Origin: a virus
Taxonomy: Duplodnaviria; Caudoviricetes
Strand: one strand, 5' to 3'
Length of the DNA stretch: 64,000 nt
IMG/VR virus record: IMGVR_UViG_3300006056_000027
Location: 32,001 to 96,000 of that record
Positions 7,439 through 17,112 of this stretch are shown piece by piece (the stretch's first letter is position 1; each line of letters starts with the position of its first letter). A model generated the notes under the pieces. That model saw only the letters and a list, made by a program, of their open reading frames with translations, was not told the origin of the DNA and made no database searches. A program made the position numbers and the translations under genes.

Positions 7439-8554
7439 ATGGATAGGTTTGATATTCACTGCTTTATGCATTCTACTACAATCTCTAAATTTAAAGATTT
7501 ATCTGATAGATTTAAAAGATTAAAGACTATCTATCTTAAGATGCCAAATTGTCAGGATTATTATCTTGCCAAGATTCTTGATGTGGTTAGTCAGCTAATT
7601 CCATTGTTTAATTTATTATCTGAATTTACTGGTTCTGTTTCTAATACTTTTATGTATAGAAATATTAAAATTGGTGAAAGGGTTATATCTATTATTAATC
7701 CGTCTTTCTCTATTGTTTTTCAAAATGAGATTAAGAAAAATCAAATTGCTATACATAATTACTTCTATGATCTTAGTGATACTTTTATTAAGTATTATGG
7801 ATTATCTGAGAATGTGTATGGCTTTGTAAAGAACAAAAGCTGTATAAGCAATGCTCAATTTCATTTAGCTAATAAGCCTGAATCTGTAATTAATTTAGAT
7901 ATTAATAAATTTTTCAATAACTGTTCTTTGTATAAAATTATTAAGTATGGCAATCTTTCTGAATTATTTTCTTTGTTTGAATACAAGGATCGTCTACTGT
8001 TTTCTGGATACCAGATAGGTGTTCTATCTATACTATCTTTTGCTACACATAATTCTGTGTTTGCTACTGGTGCTAGATTTACTCCGACTTTATCTAACCT
8101 AATATTAATTCCTATGGATGTTAAGATTAAGGCCTTACTTAAAGAGTATGGTAGATTGAATAATGCAAATATTTGTTATTCTAGATATGCTGATGATATA
8201 ACAATATCTTCTAATAAAAGTAAATCTGATAATAACTTTATTCTTAATATAAGCCTTGTTAATTCTATAGAAGCAATTCTAAATGAATATGGGTTCTATA
8301 TTAATTATACCAAGACTAAAATTTGTGGTAAAAAAGATAGAAAGCAGGTTAATAATATCAACCTTGATATCGTAAATAATTGTCTGTCTTTTGGATCGGA
8401 TGAGAAATTGAAATATAAGATGCTATATAATAATCCAGATGCCTCTCAAGAGTCTAAAGATTATTTAAAGTGTCTACTGCCATATATTAAACAAATAAAT
8501 CCAAAACAATATGATTATATAATGAGTGATTTTAATGATACACATTTATCATAA
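7439..8554 (+). CDS. Retron-type reverse transcriptase (start uncertain: 7202, 7439 or later)
   Basis: YGFVKNKS, NAQFH (retron NAxxH, 7850-7864), LDINKFF, TGARFTPTLSNL, YSRYADDITIS (YADD 8186-8197), GFYINYTKT and KQVNNI (degenerate VTG region). Confidence 0.88.
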   Translation: MDRFDIHCFMHSTTISKFKDLSDRFKRLKTIYLKMPNCQDYYLAKILDVVSQLIPLFNLLSEFTGSVSNTFMYRNIKIGERVISIINPSFSIVFQNEIKKNQIAIHNYFYDLSDTFIKYYGLSENVYGFVKNKSCISNAQFHLANKPESVINLDINKFFNNCSLYKIIKYGNLSELFSLFEYKDRLLFSGYQIGVLSILSFATHNSVFATGARFTPTLSNLILIPMDVKIKALLKEYGRLNNANICYSRYADDITISSNKSKSDNNFILNISLVNSIEAILNEYGFYINYTKTKICGKKDRKQVNNINLDIVNNCLSFGSDEKLKYKMLYNNPDASQESKDYLKCLLPYIKQINPKQYDYIMSDFNDTHLS

Positions 8555-9272
8555 AGGCTTTTCTGCTGCTGACAAACAGGGCATATTAAAAATATTATCC
8601 TTTGTTCAGATTACTGCAGAAGAATGCTTATTTATAGATAGCACGATTGAAGATATTGATATCAAAGGTAAGGATTTTATCCTATGCTTTGGTTCTTATA
8701 AGGAAGTTACTAGGGCTTTGGTTGCTTCTGGATTTTTTAAAGTTGGCGACCTTCTGGGTAAAGATACTTATGATCCCTCTAGCTCATTCTCTTTAATTAA
8801 TATTCCATACGATATGACTCAGATCTTTTCTAAAGAAGAAGTTAAGCAGGTCGTATGGTCTAAACTTAGTAAGTTTGGTGAATACTATATTAATGTCTGT
8901 GAAAGGGGTGCAAGCAAGACTAAACAACCCTCTCAGCAAATGGAACTTCCTTTTGATGACGACATCTCTATGATAGCGCCTGTGCCTATTGTAGAAGATG
9001 CTGCATTAACTACGGTTGATGTAGAAACCTTAATGGCTGCCATATCTCAGACTATAGACTTATCCGATATAGGATTAGGTAAAAGTCTTTCTTTAAGCTC
9101 TAAGATTGAACTAGATACTCCATCTGGCAAATTAGTTATTTATCCTACCAATAGAATAGCTACACCAGATGCAAATAAAACTCACTTATCTTTTAAGGAT
9201 AGCTTGGCTTTGCTAAGACTAAGTATCATGTTTGATGCTACTAAGATAAGTTTTTTTAACGACGCCACATAA
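8535..9272 (+). CDS. Hypothetical two-domain protein overlapping the RT 3' end
   Basis: ORF 8526/8535-9272 with a central linker (QQMELPFDDD); function not recognised. Confidence 0.7.
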   Translation: MIHIYHKGFSAADKQGILKILSFVQITAEECLFIDSTIEDIDIKGKDFILCFGSYKEVTRALVASGFFKVGDLLGKDTYDPSSSFSLINIPYDMTQIFSKEEVKQVVWSKLSKFGEYYINVCERGASKTKQPSQQMELPFDDDISMIAPVPIVEDAALTTVDVETLMAAISQTIDLSDIGLGKSLSLSSKIELDTPSGKLVIYPTNRIATPDANKTHLSFKDSLALLRLSIMFDATKISFFNDAT

Positions 9273-9578
9273 ATGCATATTTTTATTGCTAAGCTGATAA
9301 AAACTTTCATCTCTACATTAATGATGTATTTGTCTAGAAAGTTAATCTATTACATAGATGATTATTTTAGCAGCAAAATAATGCAAGATACCCCTACCAT
9401 AACATGTGATTATTGCGGCTTTTCATTTGATAAAGAAATTGTATATTCTCTTTACCATAAAAAATGTCCGCAATGTCTAGCAAAATTCCAATGCGATTTT
9501 ATAGAATATGACAACGGATCAATCAACCGAACAAACCACTTCCACACCAATCAATATCACAAAGCAAATGTCCATTAG
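9273..9578 (+). CDS. Small Zn-ribbon protein
   Basis: CDYC...CPQC pair; hydrophobic N-terminus. Confidence 0.55.
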   Translation: MHIFIAKLIKTFISTLMMYLSRKLIYYIDDYFSSKIMQDTPTITCDYCGFSFDKEIVYSLYHKKCPQCLAKFQCDFIEYDNGSINRTNHFHTNQYHKANVH

Positions 9579-9828
9579 CCTTGATGAATCTAATCAGTTG
9601 AATTTTACCCTTAGCGATACTTGGTCTGTCCATGAAGCTTTTGGTGTTTTATTCCTTGCTGGTATTAATTTGTATATTAACAACTTAAGTCCAGTTAGAG
9701 GTCTTCATGAAAAGCTTGATCATTTGATTCAAACTAGCTCACAACCAGCAACTACTGGCGCGGCTACTCCTTCAATGTCTGACTTATTAATGGCTGCTGC
9801 TGAACAACTAAAGACTAATAATGATTGA
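9508..9828 (+). CDS. Hypothetical protein
   Basis: 106-aa ORF in the operon chain. Confidence 0.6.
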   Translation: MTTDQSTEQTTSTPINITKQMSISLDESNQLNFTLSDTWSVHEAFGVLFLAGINLYINNLSPVRGLHEKLDHLIQTSSQPATTGAATPSMSDLLMAAAEQLKTNND

Positions 9829-10396
9829 TACTGTATATTTTGCTGCTATAGATGCGTCAATAACTAGCACTGGTATTTCGATACTGTCTGTTACGGATGA
9901 GAACAAGTTTATCTTGCATGACAAGACCACTTTGTCAGTCGGCACCAAAAAATATAATGATCCAACTAAATTTAACAAGAAAATGGATATGTATAGATTG
10001 TTTAAGTTTTACTTTGACAATTTAAAATACAAAATATCCTTTGCTGTCTTTGAAAATTATTCATACCGTTCTAATGGTCAGTTGGCTGATATAGGTGAAC
10101 TTGGTGGACTGTATAAGTCTTATTTGCATCAAAATGATATCAGCTTTGATACTATTCCTCCTGCTAGCGTTAAGCTAATAATTACAGGAAATGGTAGAGC
10201 AGAGAAGACGGAAGTAGCGGAGGCTATAAGAAAGCATGTTATTAATATTGATAATTTTACTTTTAATAATTATGACGAGACAGACAGTGTAGCTGTTGGT
10301 ATTGCTTATTCATTAAAAATGTTAGAGATAATTGAAGATGAACCTAAACAAAATACAGTCAAAAATAAAAGAGTTCGTAGAGTCAAACCAAAATGA
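9821..10396 (+). CDS. ruvC: RuvC-like Holliday junction resolvase
   Basis: AIDASITSTG, FENY, PPASVKLIITGNGRAEKTEV and DETDSVAVG. Confidence 0.88.
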   Translation: MIDTVYFAAIDASITSTGISILSVTDENKFILHDKTTLSVGTKKYNDPTKFNKKMDMYRLFKFYFDNLKYKISFAVFENYSYRSNGQLADIGELGGLYKSYLHQNDISFDTIPPASVKLIITGNGRAEKTEVAEAIRKHVINIDNFTFNNYDETDSVAVGIAYSLKMLEIIEDEPKQNTVKNKRVRRVKPK

Positions 10397-10616
10397 TCTA
10401 CTTACCTCATCTGAGTATATAATTTATTGTGCTAACTTACTTTTAGCTTTGTCTGGAACGACTCTTGGGATGGATCCTAAGTATGCTAATTTAAGTCTTA
10501 CTGATTATTTTGCACTTGAAAAAGCATCTATAGATGACGATAGTCCTTATATATCTATTGCTATGCTTGCTCATGGCCTTATAGAGGTTTCTAGTAGGTT
10601 TGAAAATGACGAGTAG
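10338..10616 (+). CDS. Hypothetical protein
   Basis: Short helical ORF, ATG at 10338. Confidence 0.55.
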   Translation: MNLNKIQSKIKEFVESNQNDLLTSSEYIIYCANLLLALSGTTLGMDPKYANLSLTDYFALEKASIDDDSPYISIAMLAHGLIEVSSRFENDE

Positions 10617-11103
10617 TGTAGATTTAATTATAGACGCTTCGCAGATGCTTATTGATTGTGAAACCTTATGCTTGACTGGTATTCAGTTTAGAGAGAAAAC
10701 TTTGGCTCAATGGGAAGAAGATTTAAAGCTTCCCACTTTAAGTGACAATATGTCGTATGCGGATATACAAAAGTATAACTTTGCGTATGTAAGATTAAAC
10801 GAAGTTATTATGTCTAATTACTCTTATGCTAAGGCTATGTATAATTTTTCTAATTTAACTTATCAGGCTGCTATAAAAAGCAAAACTAAGCTTGCCTTGG
10901 ACGATATTAAAAAGGACGCCACTAAACGTGCTCCTGGAATGGACAGTTTAGAAAAGAATATTTCACTACAGTGTATAGAAGAATTTACTGCATTAAAGAT
11001 TAATGAAATATTTTTAGATTTCTGGAAAATATATTATGAAAAAATGCAGTTATTAGACTCTAGACTCTCTAATATTAACTACATGTATAAAGGTCAGATA
11101 TGA
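10606..11103 (+). CDS. Helical hypothetical protein (possible UvsY-like recombination mediator)
   Basis: All-helical, about 165 aa, between ruvC and recA. Function is inferred from context only. Confidence 0.45.
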   Translation: MTSSVDLIIDASQMLIDCETLCLTGIQFREKTLAQWEEDLKLPTLSDNMSYADIQKYNFAYVRLNEVIMSNYSYAKAMYNFSNLTYQAAIKSKTKLALDDIKKDATKRAPGMDSLEKNISLQCIEEFTALKINEIFLDFWKIYYEKMQLLDSRLSNINYMYKGQI

Positions 11104-11630
11104 AAATTGTTTTAGCTACCCCATACGATGGTATGAATCAATACATACTAGATAATCATTGCTCTATAAGAATCTTGCTATTAAGCAGTGAATCTTTTTT
11201 AGACTTAATTATTGATTTCTGTACGAAGTACGGAATTACCGAAGATCCATTTTGGATTATGAGGTCTGCTATTTCTAACGTTCATTACGCAAATAGATTG
11301 CCATTACTTAGTATTGATTTTGTATTTGCTGTATTTGATTATTTAATTTCTAAATACGATCATCTTATTCAAGATACTCACCTTATTCATGTTTTATATA
11401 TGCATGATGTGCGTACTATGATTCTTGATTCAGGAATGATTAATGCATATCTTTCTAAGAATGTTATTAGTGTTGTGGATGATTCTTTACACTTAAAGGG
11501 TATTGGTTTACATACCCGTGAATATGTTGCTATCGGTGCCGATAGATACTATTCATTGCGAAAAATTTGCGAGCTACTTAAGGTTCCGCCTGGTAGGTTC
11601 GTACATATAGATGGAAAATTAGAAACATAA
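11100..11630 (+). CDS. Hypothetical protein
   Basis: 176 aa; ATGA/TAATG coupled. Confidence 0.65.
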   Translation: MKIVLATPYDGMNQYILDNHCSIRILLLSSESFLDLIIDFCTKYGITEDPFWIMRSAISNVHYANRLPLLSIDFVFAVFDYLISKYDHLIQDTHLIHVLYMHDVRTMILDSGMINAYLSKNVISVVDDSLHLKGIGLHTREYVAIGADRYYSLRKICELLKVPPGRFVHIDGKLET

Positions 11631-12754
11631 TGGCAAAGAAAAAAGAAGTTGAAGTTAAACAGACCAATTTCTCTCCTGAAGAAAGGATGAAAATCTTATC
11701 TTCAATGAAGACTGTTTTAAAAAAGAAATTTGGTGAATCTGTTATTGCTGATCATCAAAAGTTAAAGATAGAATCTGTATCTACTGGATCTCCTTTGCTT
11801 GATGGTGCTATCACTGGCTTTGGTTATGCTAGAGGTAGATTTATTGAACTTAGTGGTGAGAATTCATCTGGTAAGACTACTACTGCAACATTAATGCTTA
11901 TTGAATCTCAAAGAGCATATCCCGATGAGCTGATTGGCTTTATTGATATTGAGCATGCCATTAATTTGGAATACGCTCAAATTCTTGGTCTGGATATTAG
12001 TCCTGAAAGATTCATCCTTAGTCAGCCAAGTAGTGCTGAAGAAGCGTTTGAAATTCTTGGTGCATTTTCTGAGTCTGGATTATTTAGTGCTATATGCTTC
12101 GATTCAATCGGTGCGTTGGTAACTCAAGATCAGTTAGATAAAGGTATGGATGAGAATACTATTGGTTCTGTTGGCCGCTTGATTGGTAAATCAATTAGTC
12201 GTATCAATATTGCTGCATGTGCTTCTAATACTACAATTATTTGGATTAACCAAATTAGAACAAAGATTTCTTTATTCGGATCTAGTGAAACTGTTGCTGG
12301 CGGTCGTGCATTGCCATTCTTCCATTCTACTAGAATTAAGATTAAGAAGATCAATGTAATCATGGTTAAAGATAAACCTGTTGGTCAAGTAGTTAAATAT
12401 GAGGTGACTAAAAATAAAGTCGGTACTCCTTTTGGAGTTATTGAAACGGCTATTTATTTTGGTATCGGATTTGACGAATACACAGAAACTATCGAAATAG
12501 CTTATAAGACTGGAATTATCCAGCCTGCTGGTGCTTGGTGCTATCTTGACAAAGGAACGCCTCAAGAGCTTAAATGGAACGGCAAGGCCGCTTGTATTCA
12601 ATGGTTCAGAGATAATCTAGAAGCATTTACTCCATTCAAGGTTAGAGTTTTGGAAGCTAATACTCCAGAAGTTGATATTGCCTTAGCGACAGAAGTTGAT
12701 GAAGCTACAGGATTAACAAATACAGAAGTTCAAGGACTCGAAGTAAATGAGTGA
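11630..12754 (+). CDS. recA: RecA/UvsX-family recombinase
   Basis: STGS..LD, GENSSGKTT (Walker A), FIDIEHA, DSIGAL, INQIR, GGRAL and KNKVG.PF. Confidence 0.96.
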   Translation: MAKKKEVEVKQTNFSPEERMKILSSMKTVLKKKFGESVIADHQKLKIESVSTGSPLLDGAITGFGYARGRFIELSGENSSGKTTTATLMLIESQRAYPDELIGFIDIEHAINLEYAQILGLDISPERFILSQPSSAEEAFEILGAFSESGLFSAICFDSIGALVTQDQLDKGMDENTIGSVGRLIGKSISRINIAACASNTTIIWINQIRTKISLFGSSETVAGGRALPFFHSTRIKIKKINVIMVKDKPVGQVVKYEVTKNKVGTPFGVIETAIYFGIGFDEYTETIEIAYKTGIIQPAGAWCYLDKGTPQELKWNGKAACIQWFRDNLEAFTPFKVRVLEANTPEVDIALATEVDEATGLTNTEVQGLEVNE

Positions 12755-13244
12755 TATGAATTTAGCGATTGCCGAAGCTATAAAGGCAAACCTACCAGAA
12801 GCAGTTGCTGGTGAAATGAAAAGATATCTTGACGAAGCTAAGGCTGCTATGTCTGATAATGTCAGGCTTAATAAAGCTTTAGCAGATGCTAGAGCTAGAA
12901 TTGCACAACTAGAAGAGTATTCTAGTAAGACTTCTCGTGAAAATGAGATTCTTAAAGATGCCGATATAAAAACTCAGGCTCTGGCTAAGGAATTACAGAA
13001 CAAGGAGATTGGTCATATTAAGCTTCTTGCTCGTAATGAGGCTGATATTGCTAATGCTGCAAAGAGTGCTGCGTTTGAAGTAATTGGGCTATTCTTAAGA
13101 AATCCATCTATCAGAACAGATATTCAGAGAACTGTTACGCATCCAGTAGAGGGAGTTCCTCCTTCTCAGTATAACTCTTCAGGATCTTGTGGTTTTGTTG
13201 GAAGCGGATTCGAAACTGAAAGTAAGACAGTAACCAATGAATAA
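12747..13244 (+). CDS. Coiled-coil hypothetical protein
   Basis: Heptad-rich central segment. Confidence 0.65.
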   Translation: MSDMNLAIAEAIKANLPEAVAGEMKRYLDEAKAAMSDNVRLNKALADARARIAQLEEYSSKTSRENEILKDADIKTQALAKELQNKEIGHIKLLARNEADIANAAKSAAFEVIGLFLRNPSIRTDIQRTVTHPVEGVPPSQYNSSGSCGFVGSGFETESKTVTNE

Positions 13245-13731
13245 AGAACTGCATTGCGAATTAGTGCCAAAGACTTGTTGGTATTCCAATATGAGAGATC
13301 ATTTAAAACAATCTCAATGGGATAAGATTCGTCGTTGGTGCTATGAACGTGCAGGCCATGTCTGTGAAATCTGTGGTGATTCTGGAAAGAATCAGGGACG
13401 TAATCATGCGGTTGAAGCCCATGAAATATGGCATTATGATGATCCTACTAAGACTCAAACCTTAAAAGGTCTTATTGCCTTATGTCCCGCCTGTCACAAT
13501 GTTAAGCATTATGGCAGGGCACAGATTGTTGGTACTGATAAATCTGCACGATTTCAACTTAAAAAAGTAAATACACATTGGTCTTGGAAGGACGTCTTTG
13601 CTCATTGCGAAGCGGCTATTAAGACTTATGAAGAAAGAAGTAATCACAACTGGACTTTAAATATGGATTATTTAAAGGCTGAGTTTGGATTAGATATAAA
13701 AATAAAAAGAGAAATTATTGAGAACAAATAG
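13237..13731 (+). CDS. HNH-family (Zn-binding) nuclease-like protein
   Basis: CEICG, EAHEIWHY and LIALCPACHNVKH. Confidence 0.8.
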   Translation: MNKELHCELVPKTCWYSNMRDHLKQSQWDKIRRWCYERAGHVCEICGDSGKNQGRNHAVEAHEIWHYDDPTKTQTLKGLIALCPACHNVKHYGRAQIVGTDKSARFQLKKVNTHWSWKDVFAHCEAAIKTYEERSNHNWTLNMDYLKAEFGLDIKIKREIIENK

Positions 13732-14200
13732 TCAATCCGTTAAGGATTTTATGATCATTTTTCAACAACCATTTTCATCGGTTCCTACTACTGATGTTCC
13801 ACTAGATACTATCAAGTTAAGATTAAGGCTATCGACGGAAGAACTGGAAGAGCTCTTTTTTGGGATTCTTGGGAAGGATGCTCAAAAGGCAGTTAACAAA
13901 TACTTCCATGATATTAATTCGTTTATTGATTCCTTATCTGAAAGTGATATTGATATTAAAATTGACGAAGTTGCAGACGCGTTAACCGATATTGACTATA
14001 TCAATAATGGTAATGCTGCTGTCTTTGGTGTTCCAATTGATGCAACCTTTGCAGAAGTGCATAGATCTAACCTTTCTAAGCTTGATGAGCTTGGTAGACC
14101 AATCTTCAGAGAAGATGGAAAGGTTATGAAAGGACCTAAGTATAGTCCTCCAAATCTTATGCCTATCTTAGAGGCTTATGGGTATAAGTCACATGAATGA
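13718..14200 (+). CDS. MazG-like NTP pyrophosphohydrolase (PRA-PH/dimeric dUTPase-like)
   Basis: EELEEL, EVADALTDIDY, EVHRSNLSK and REDGKVMKGP. Confidence 0.88.
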   Translation: MRTNSQSVKDFMIIFQQPFSSVPTTDVPLDTIKLRLRLSTEELEELFFGILGKDAQKAVNKYFHDINSFIDSLSESDIDIKIDEVADALTDIDYINNGNAAVFGVPIDATFAEVHRSNLSKLDELGRPIFREDGKVMKGPKYSPPNLMPILEAYGYKSHE

Positions 14201-14471
14201 TTTTGAATCCTTTTATGACAATCAAATAGAATCTGAAATTAACGAAGATGATTCTATTGCTGACTTACTACAACAAAAAGCACCAACAAACAATTTATGC
14301 TCCGCTATAGATCCTGACGGTGAAATAGTTGGCTTGTCTGGCAATGATGATATTTTCTCATCTCCACAAGCTGCATTTTTTGAATTCTTTAAAGCTCTAT
14401 ACCTGAACAAGGACAAACTTGTTTCTGATGTTTTAAATCAGTTAGGCGTAGATCTATATTATATAAAATAA
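14193..14471 (+). CDS. Acidic hypothetical protein
   Basis: D/E-rich ORF of about 92 aa. Confidence 0.6.
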   Translation: MNDFESFYDNQIESEINEDDSIADLLQQKAPTNNLCSAIDPDGEIVGLSGNDDIFSSPQAAFFEFFKALYLNKDKLVSDVLNQLGVDLYYIK

Positions 14472-14480
14472 GGAAATATT

Positions 14481-14789
14481 ATGTCATTAAAAGACGTTAT
14501 TAGTACCACTGCTGCACAGCAAGGTATTTCTAAAGCTAAAACAAAAAGAGTTGTAGACTCTGTACTTGCTGCAATTACTGCCAACTTATCTGCTGGTGAA
14601 TCTTTTAGATTTCCAGGTCTAGGGGTGTTTAAGGTAAGAGATAGCGCTGCTCGTGTTTGTCGTAATCCGCAAACTGGTGGAACTATTGATATTCCAGCAA
14701 GAAAAGTTCCAAAAATCTCTTTCTCTAAGAGTGTTAAAGATGTTGTAAGGAATCCTCCAGCTATAACTGCTGTTGCCTATCATGACTGA
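14481..14789 (+). CDS. hup: HU/IHF-family DNA-binding protein
   Basis: GLGVFKVRDSAARVCRNPQTGGTIDIPARKVPKISFSK; AGGA Shine-Dalgarno. Confidence 0.93.
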   Translation: MSLKDVISTTAAQQGISKAKTKRVVDSVLAAITANLSAGESFRFPGLGVFKVRDSAARVCRNPQTGGTIDIPARKVPKISFSKSVKDVVRNPPAITAVAYHD

Positions 14790-14988
14790 ATTTGACGAAG
14801 ATGAATACAAGCAGCTTTTAAATAAACTTCTTGAAGATTATCCAACTGGATTTAGATCTCGTTATTATGTCAGCACACGACCTAGTCATCCACGTCCACA
14901 AATAATTGATGGTAGAACTGAAGGTATTGAACCTATTCCGTTTGGCTATGATGGGTTATGCCCAGAGGTATTAAATGTCTCTAACTAA
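14782..14988 (+). CDS. Hypothetical protein
   Basis: Short ORF coupled to its neighbours. Confidence 0.5.
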   Translation: MTEFDEDEYKQLLNKLLEDYPTGFRSRYYVSTRPSHPRPQIIDGRTEGIEPIPFGYDGLCPEVLNVSN

Positions 14989-15205
14989 TAAATTAACTAT
15001 TGGTAAACTTAAAGAGCTTTTATCCGTCATTGATTCTAAGTGGGATGGAGCTATTATTAATTTGGTTTCTGAAGATAAGTTAGAGCCTGTTACATCTTTT
15101 AAGATTATTACCAATCGAGAGATGTCTCCTATCTTTCATCATGGTCAACAAATTGTTCGTGGTAAGACTGTAGCCTTTCTAGAAATTAAGAGTGAAAATT
15201 CATAA
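14975..15205 (+). CDS. Hypothetical protein
   Basis: 76 aa; TAATG-coupled to dnaE-N. Confidence 0.55.
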   Translation: MSLTNKLTIGKLKELLSVIDSKWDGAIINLVSEDKLEPVTSFKIITNREMSPIFHHGQQIVRGKTVAFLEIKSENS

Positions 15206-16527
15206 TGTTAAATGAAGATATCTTAGAGTCTGATATTGGTAAGTATACTAATCTTCATGCTCATAGTCGTATTGCAAGTCCATTGGATGGATTCTCTAAT
15301 ATAGATGATTATGTTAAAAGAGCTAAGGCAATGGGAATGACTAGTTGCGTGTTTACCGATCATGGACTGATGGGTGCTGCATATGAACTAGAAAAGGTGT
15401 GTAAGAAGAATGGAGTAAAGCCAATTTATGCAAATGAATTGTATTTTACTCCTAATGATCCCCTGATTAAAGAAAGGATTCCTGGCGTTAAGCCTAATTT
15501 TCATATTATTCTTATTGCGTATAATCAAGCTGGTTATCAGAATCTCTTAAAGTTATCTTCAGATGCTTGGACTAAGTATAGGTATTACAAACCTAGGGTT
15601 GGATTTGAGCAGTTAAAGGACCATGCAGAAGGTTTAATATGCCTTAGTGCTTGTCTTGGTGGATATCCACAGCAGCTTCTTTTAGAGGGCAAGGAAGAGG
15701 AATCTGAACTTGCTATCTTAAGATTTAAGAAAATATTTGGTGACAATTATTACTTAGAAAAGCAGTGGACTAATATCCCAGAACAAGATACAGTGAATGC
15801 CTTTTTCGATTTGATGTCTGATAAGCATGACATTAAGCAGGTTATCACTTGCGATTCTCATTACACATATGCTCATGAATCTGAACTGCATAGGGCTTTA
15901 GTTACCATTAATGTTAATGGTGTATTTAAAAGGCTCGCTGTTGCAAAGGAAGGCGAACTGATTGACGAGAATAAGGATACCGATGAAAGCGCTTTGTTTT
16001 ATACTCCTGGTCAGTATTACTTAAAGCCCTATCATGTTCTTAGAGAGTATTTTAATACAGACAGAGATCTTCTTGCATTTGATAATACAAATAAGATAGC
16101 TGAAATGTGTAATGTTAAGCTTCCTGTAGGATTAAAGATTTTTCCGCAACTTGTTGGCGATCCTGATAGTTTTATTATGAATCAATGTTATGAATTTATT
16201 GAGTCATATTGTAAAGATATGACTTCTGATAAAAAGCAGCTCTATCTTGACAGGCTTGAAGAAGAATCTTGGATCATTAAACGTATGGGATATTTTGACT
16301 ACTTTACGGTAGTTCAAGATGTAATTAATTATTGTAAGCGTAATAGCATTCTTACTGGCCTTGGTCGTGGGTCTGCTTCTGGTAGCCTAATATCGTTTTG
16401 TCTAGGCATAACTGGTATTGATCCGCTACTTTACAATTTGTTATTTTCAAGATTCTTAAGCTCATCTCGTGCTCCATATCCATTGATTGAGCTTGAGGAA
16501 TATCCTTTATCTGTTTGGAATAAATAA
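15205..16527 (+). CDS. dnaE: DNA polymerase III alpha, N-terminal fragment (PHP domain plus start of palm)
   Basis: LHAHS, TDHG, GYQNLLKLSS, LSACLGG, CDSHY and GRGSASGSL..LGIT.IDP..LLFSRFL; ends before PDxDxD. Confidence 0.93.
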   Translation: MLNEDILESDIGKYTNLHAHSRIASPLDGFSNIDDYVKRAKAMGMTSCVFTDHGLMGAAYELEKVCKKNGVKPIYANELYFTPNDPLIKERIPGVKPNFHIILIAYNQAGYQNLLKLSSDAWTKYRYYKPRVGFEQLKDHAEGLICLSACLGGYPQQLLLEGKEEESELAILRFKKIFGDNYYLEKQWTNIPEQDTVNAFFDLMSDKHDIKQVITCDSHYTYAHESELHRALVTINVNGVFKRLAVAKEGELIDENKDTDESALFYTPGQYYLKPYHVLREYFNTDRDLLAFDNTNKIAEMCNVKLPVGLKIFPQLVGDPDSFIMNQCYEFIESYCKDMTSDKKQLYLDRLEEESWIIKRMGYFDYFTVVQDVINYCKRNSILTGLGRGSASGSLISFCLGITGIDPLLYNLLFSRFLSSSRAPYPLIELEEYPLSVWNK

Positions 16528-17112
16528 ATGTCTGAAACAAAAACAATAATGAGATTGGCTACCTATGCCGATTTAGAATTTATTAAAGATTGTTATCATA
16601 ACTCTGCTACTTGTAATGAGTTTGTAGAAAGTTCTAGTGACTACTTTGATTCATTTACAACTCCTCAAGAAGAATTTGCTTACTATACAAAAATGCTTAA
16701 TGAAAGATCTTCATTGGATAAGTTGTATATAGTTAATAGGAATGGCTCCGACATATCTTTATTAGCTTCTCAGTTTAATGAGATTAGCAAAACTACTGGT
16801 GGCATTGTGTTTACTCATCCACGTGTATGTAAGATGTCTGTCATAGCTTCTTTAAAAATACTTACTATTCACAACTTCTTGTTGATCAAGAATGGTTATG
16901 CTGAATCTATCTATATGAAGGTTTGGCATCCATTAATGTCTCAAGCTGTTACCAATGTCATAAAAGATTTTAAGTCTATAAAGCTATACACAGCACATTA
17001 TGTATTGTTTTGTATGTCTTCTGAAATAAGAAATTCTTTCACTGAAGATTACATGAAGGAAGTCCAAGTGCGTAATATAGATCAGCATATGTGTTTTGAA
17101 TGTAGCCTATGA
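16528..17112 (+). CDS. Possible GNAT-fold protein between the dnaE halves
   Basis: IMRLATYADLEFI, LYIV.RNGS.I, VFTHP and G...IYMKV follow a GNAT pattern, but the RxxGxG motif is absent. Confidence 0.4.
   Translation: MSETKTIMRLATYADLEFIKDCYHNSATCNEFVESSSDYFDSFTTPQEEFAYYTKMLNERSSLDKLYIVNRNGSDISLLASQFNEISKTTGGIVFTHPRVCKMSVIASLKILTIHNFLLIKNGYAESIYMKVWHPLMSQAVTNVIKDFKSIKLYTAHYVLFCMSSEIRNSFTEDYMKEVQVRNIDQHMCFECSL

Noticed and set aside
7439-8554. RT as a DGR or group II intron RT
   Set aside because: No TR/VR repeat pair, Avd-like gene, maturase/En domain or intron ends were seen; NAxxH favours a retron.
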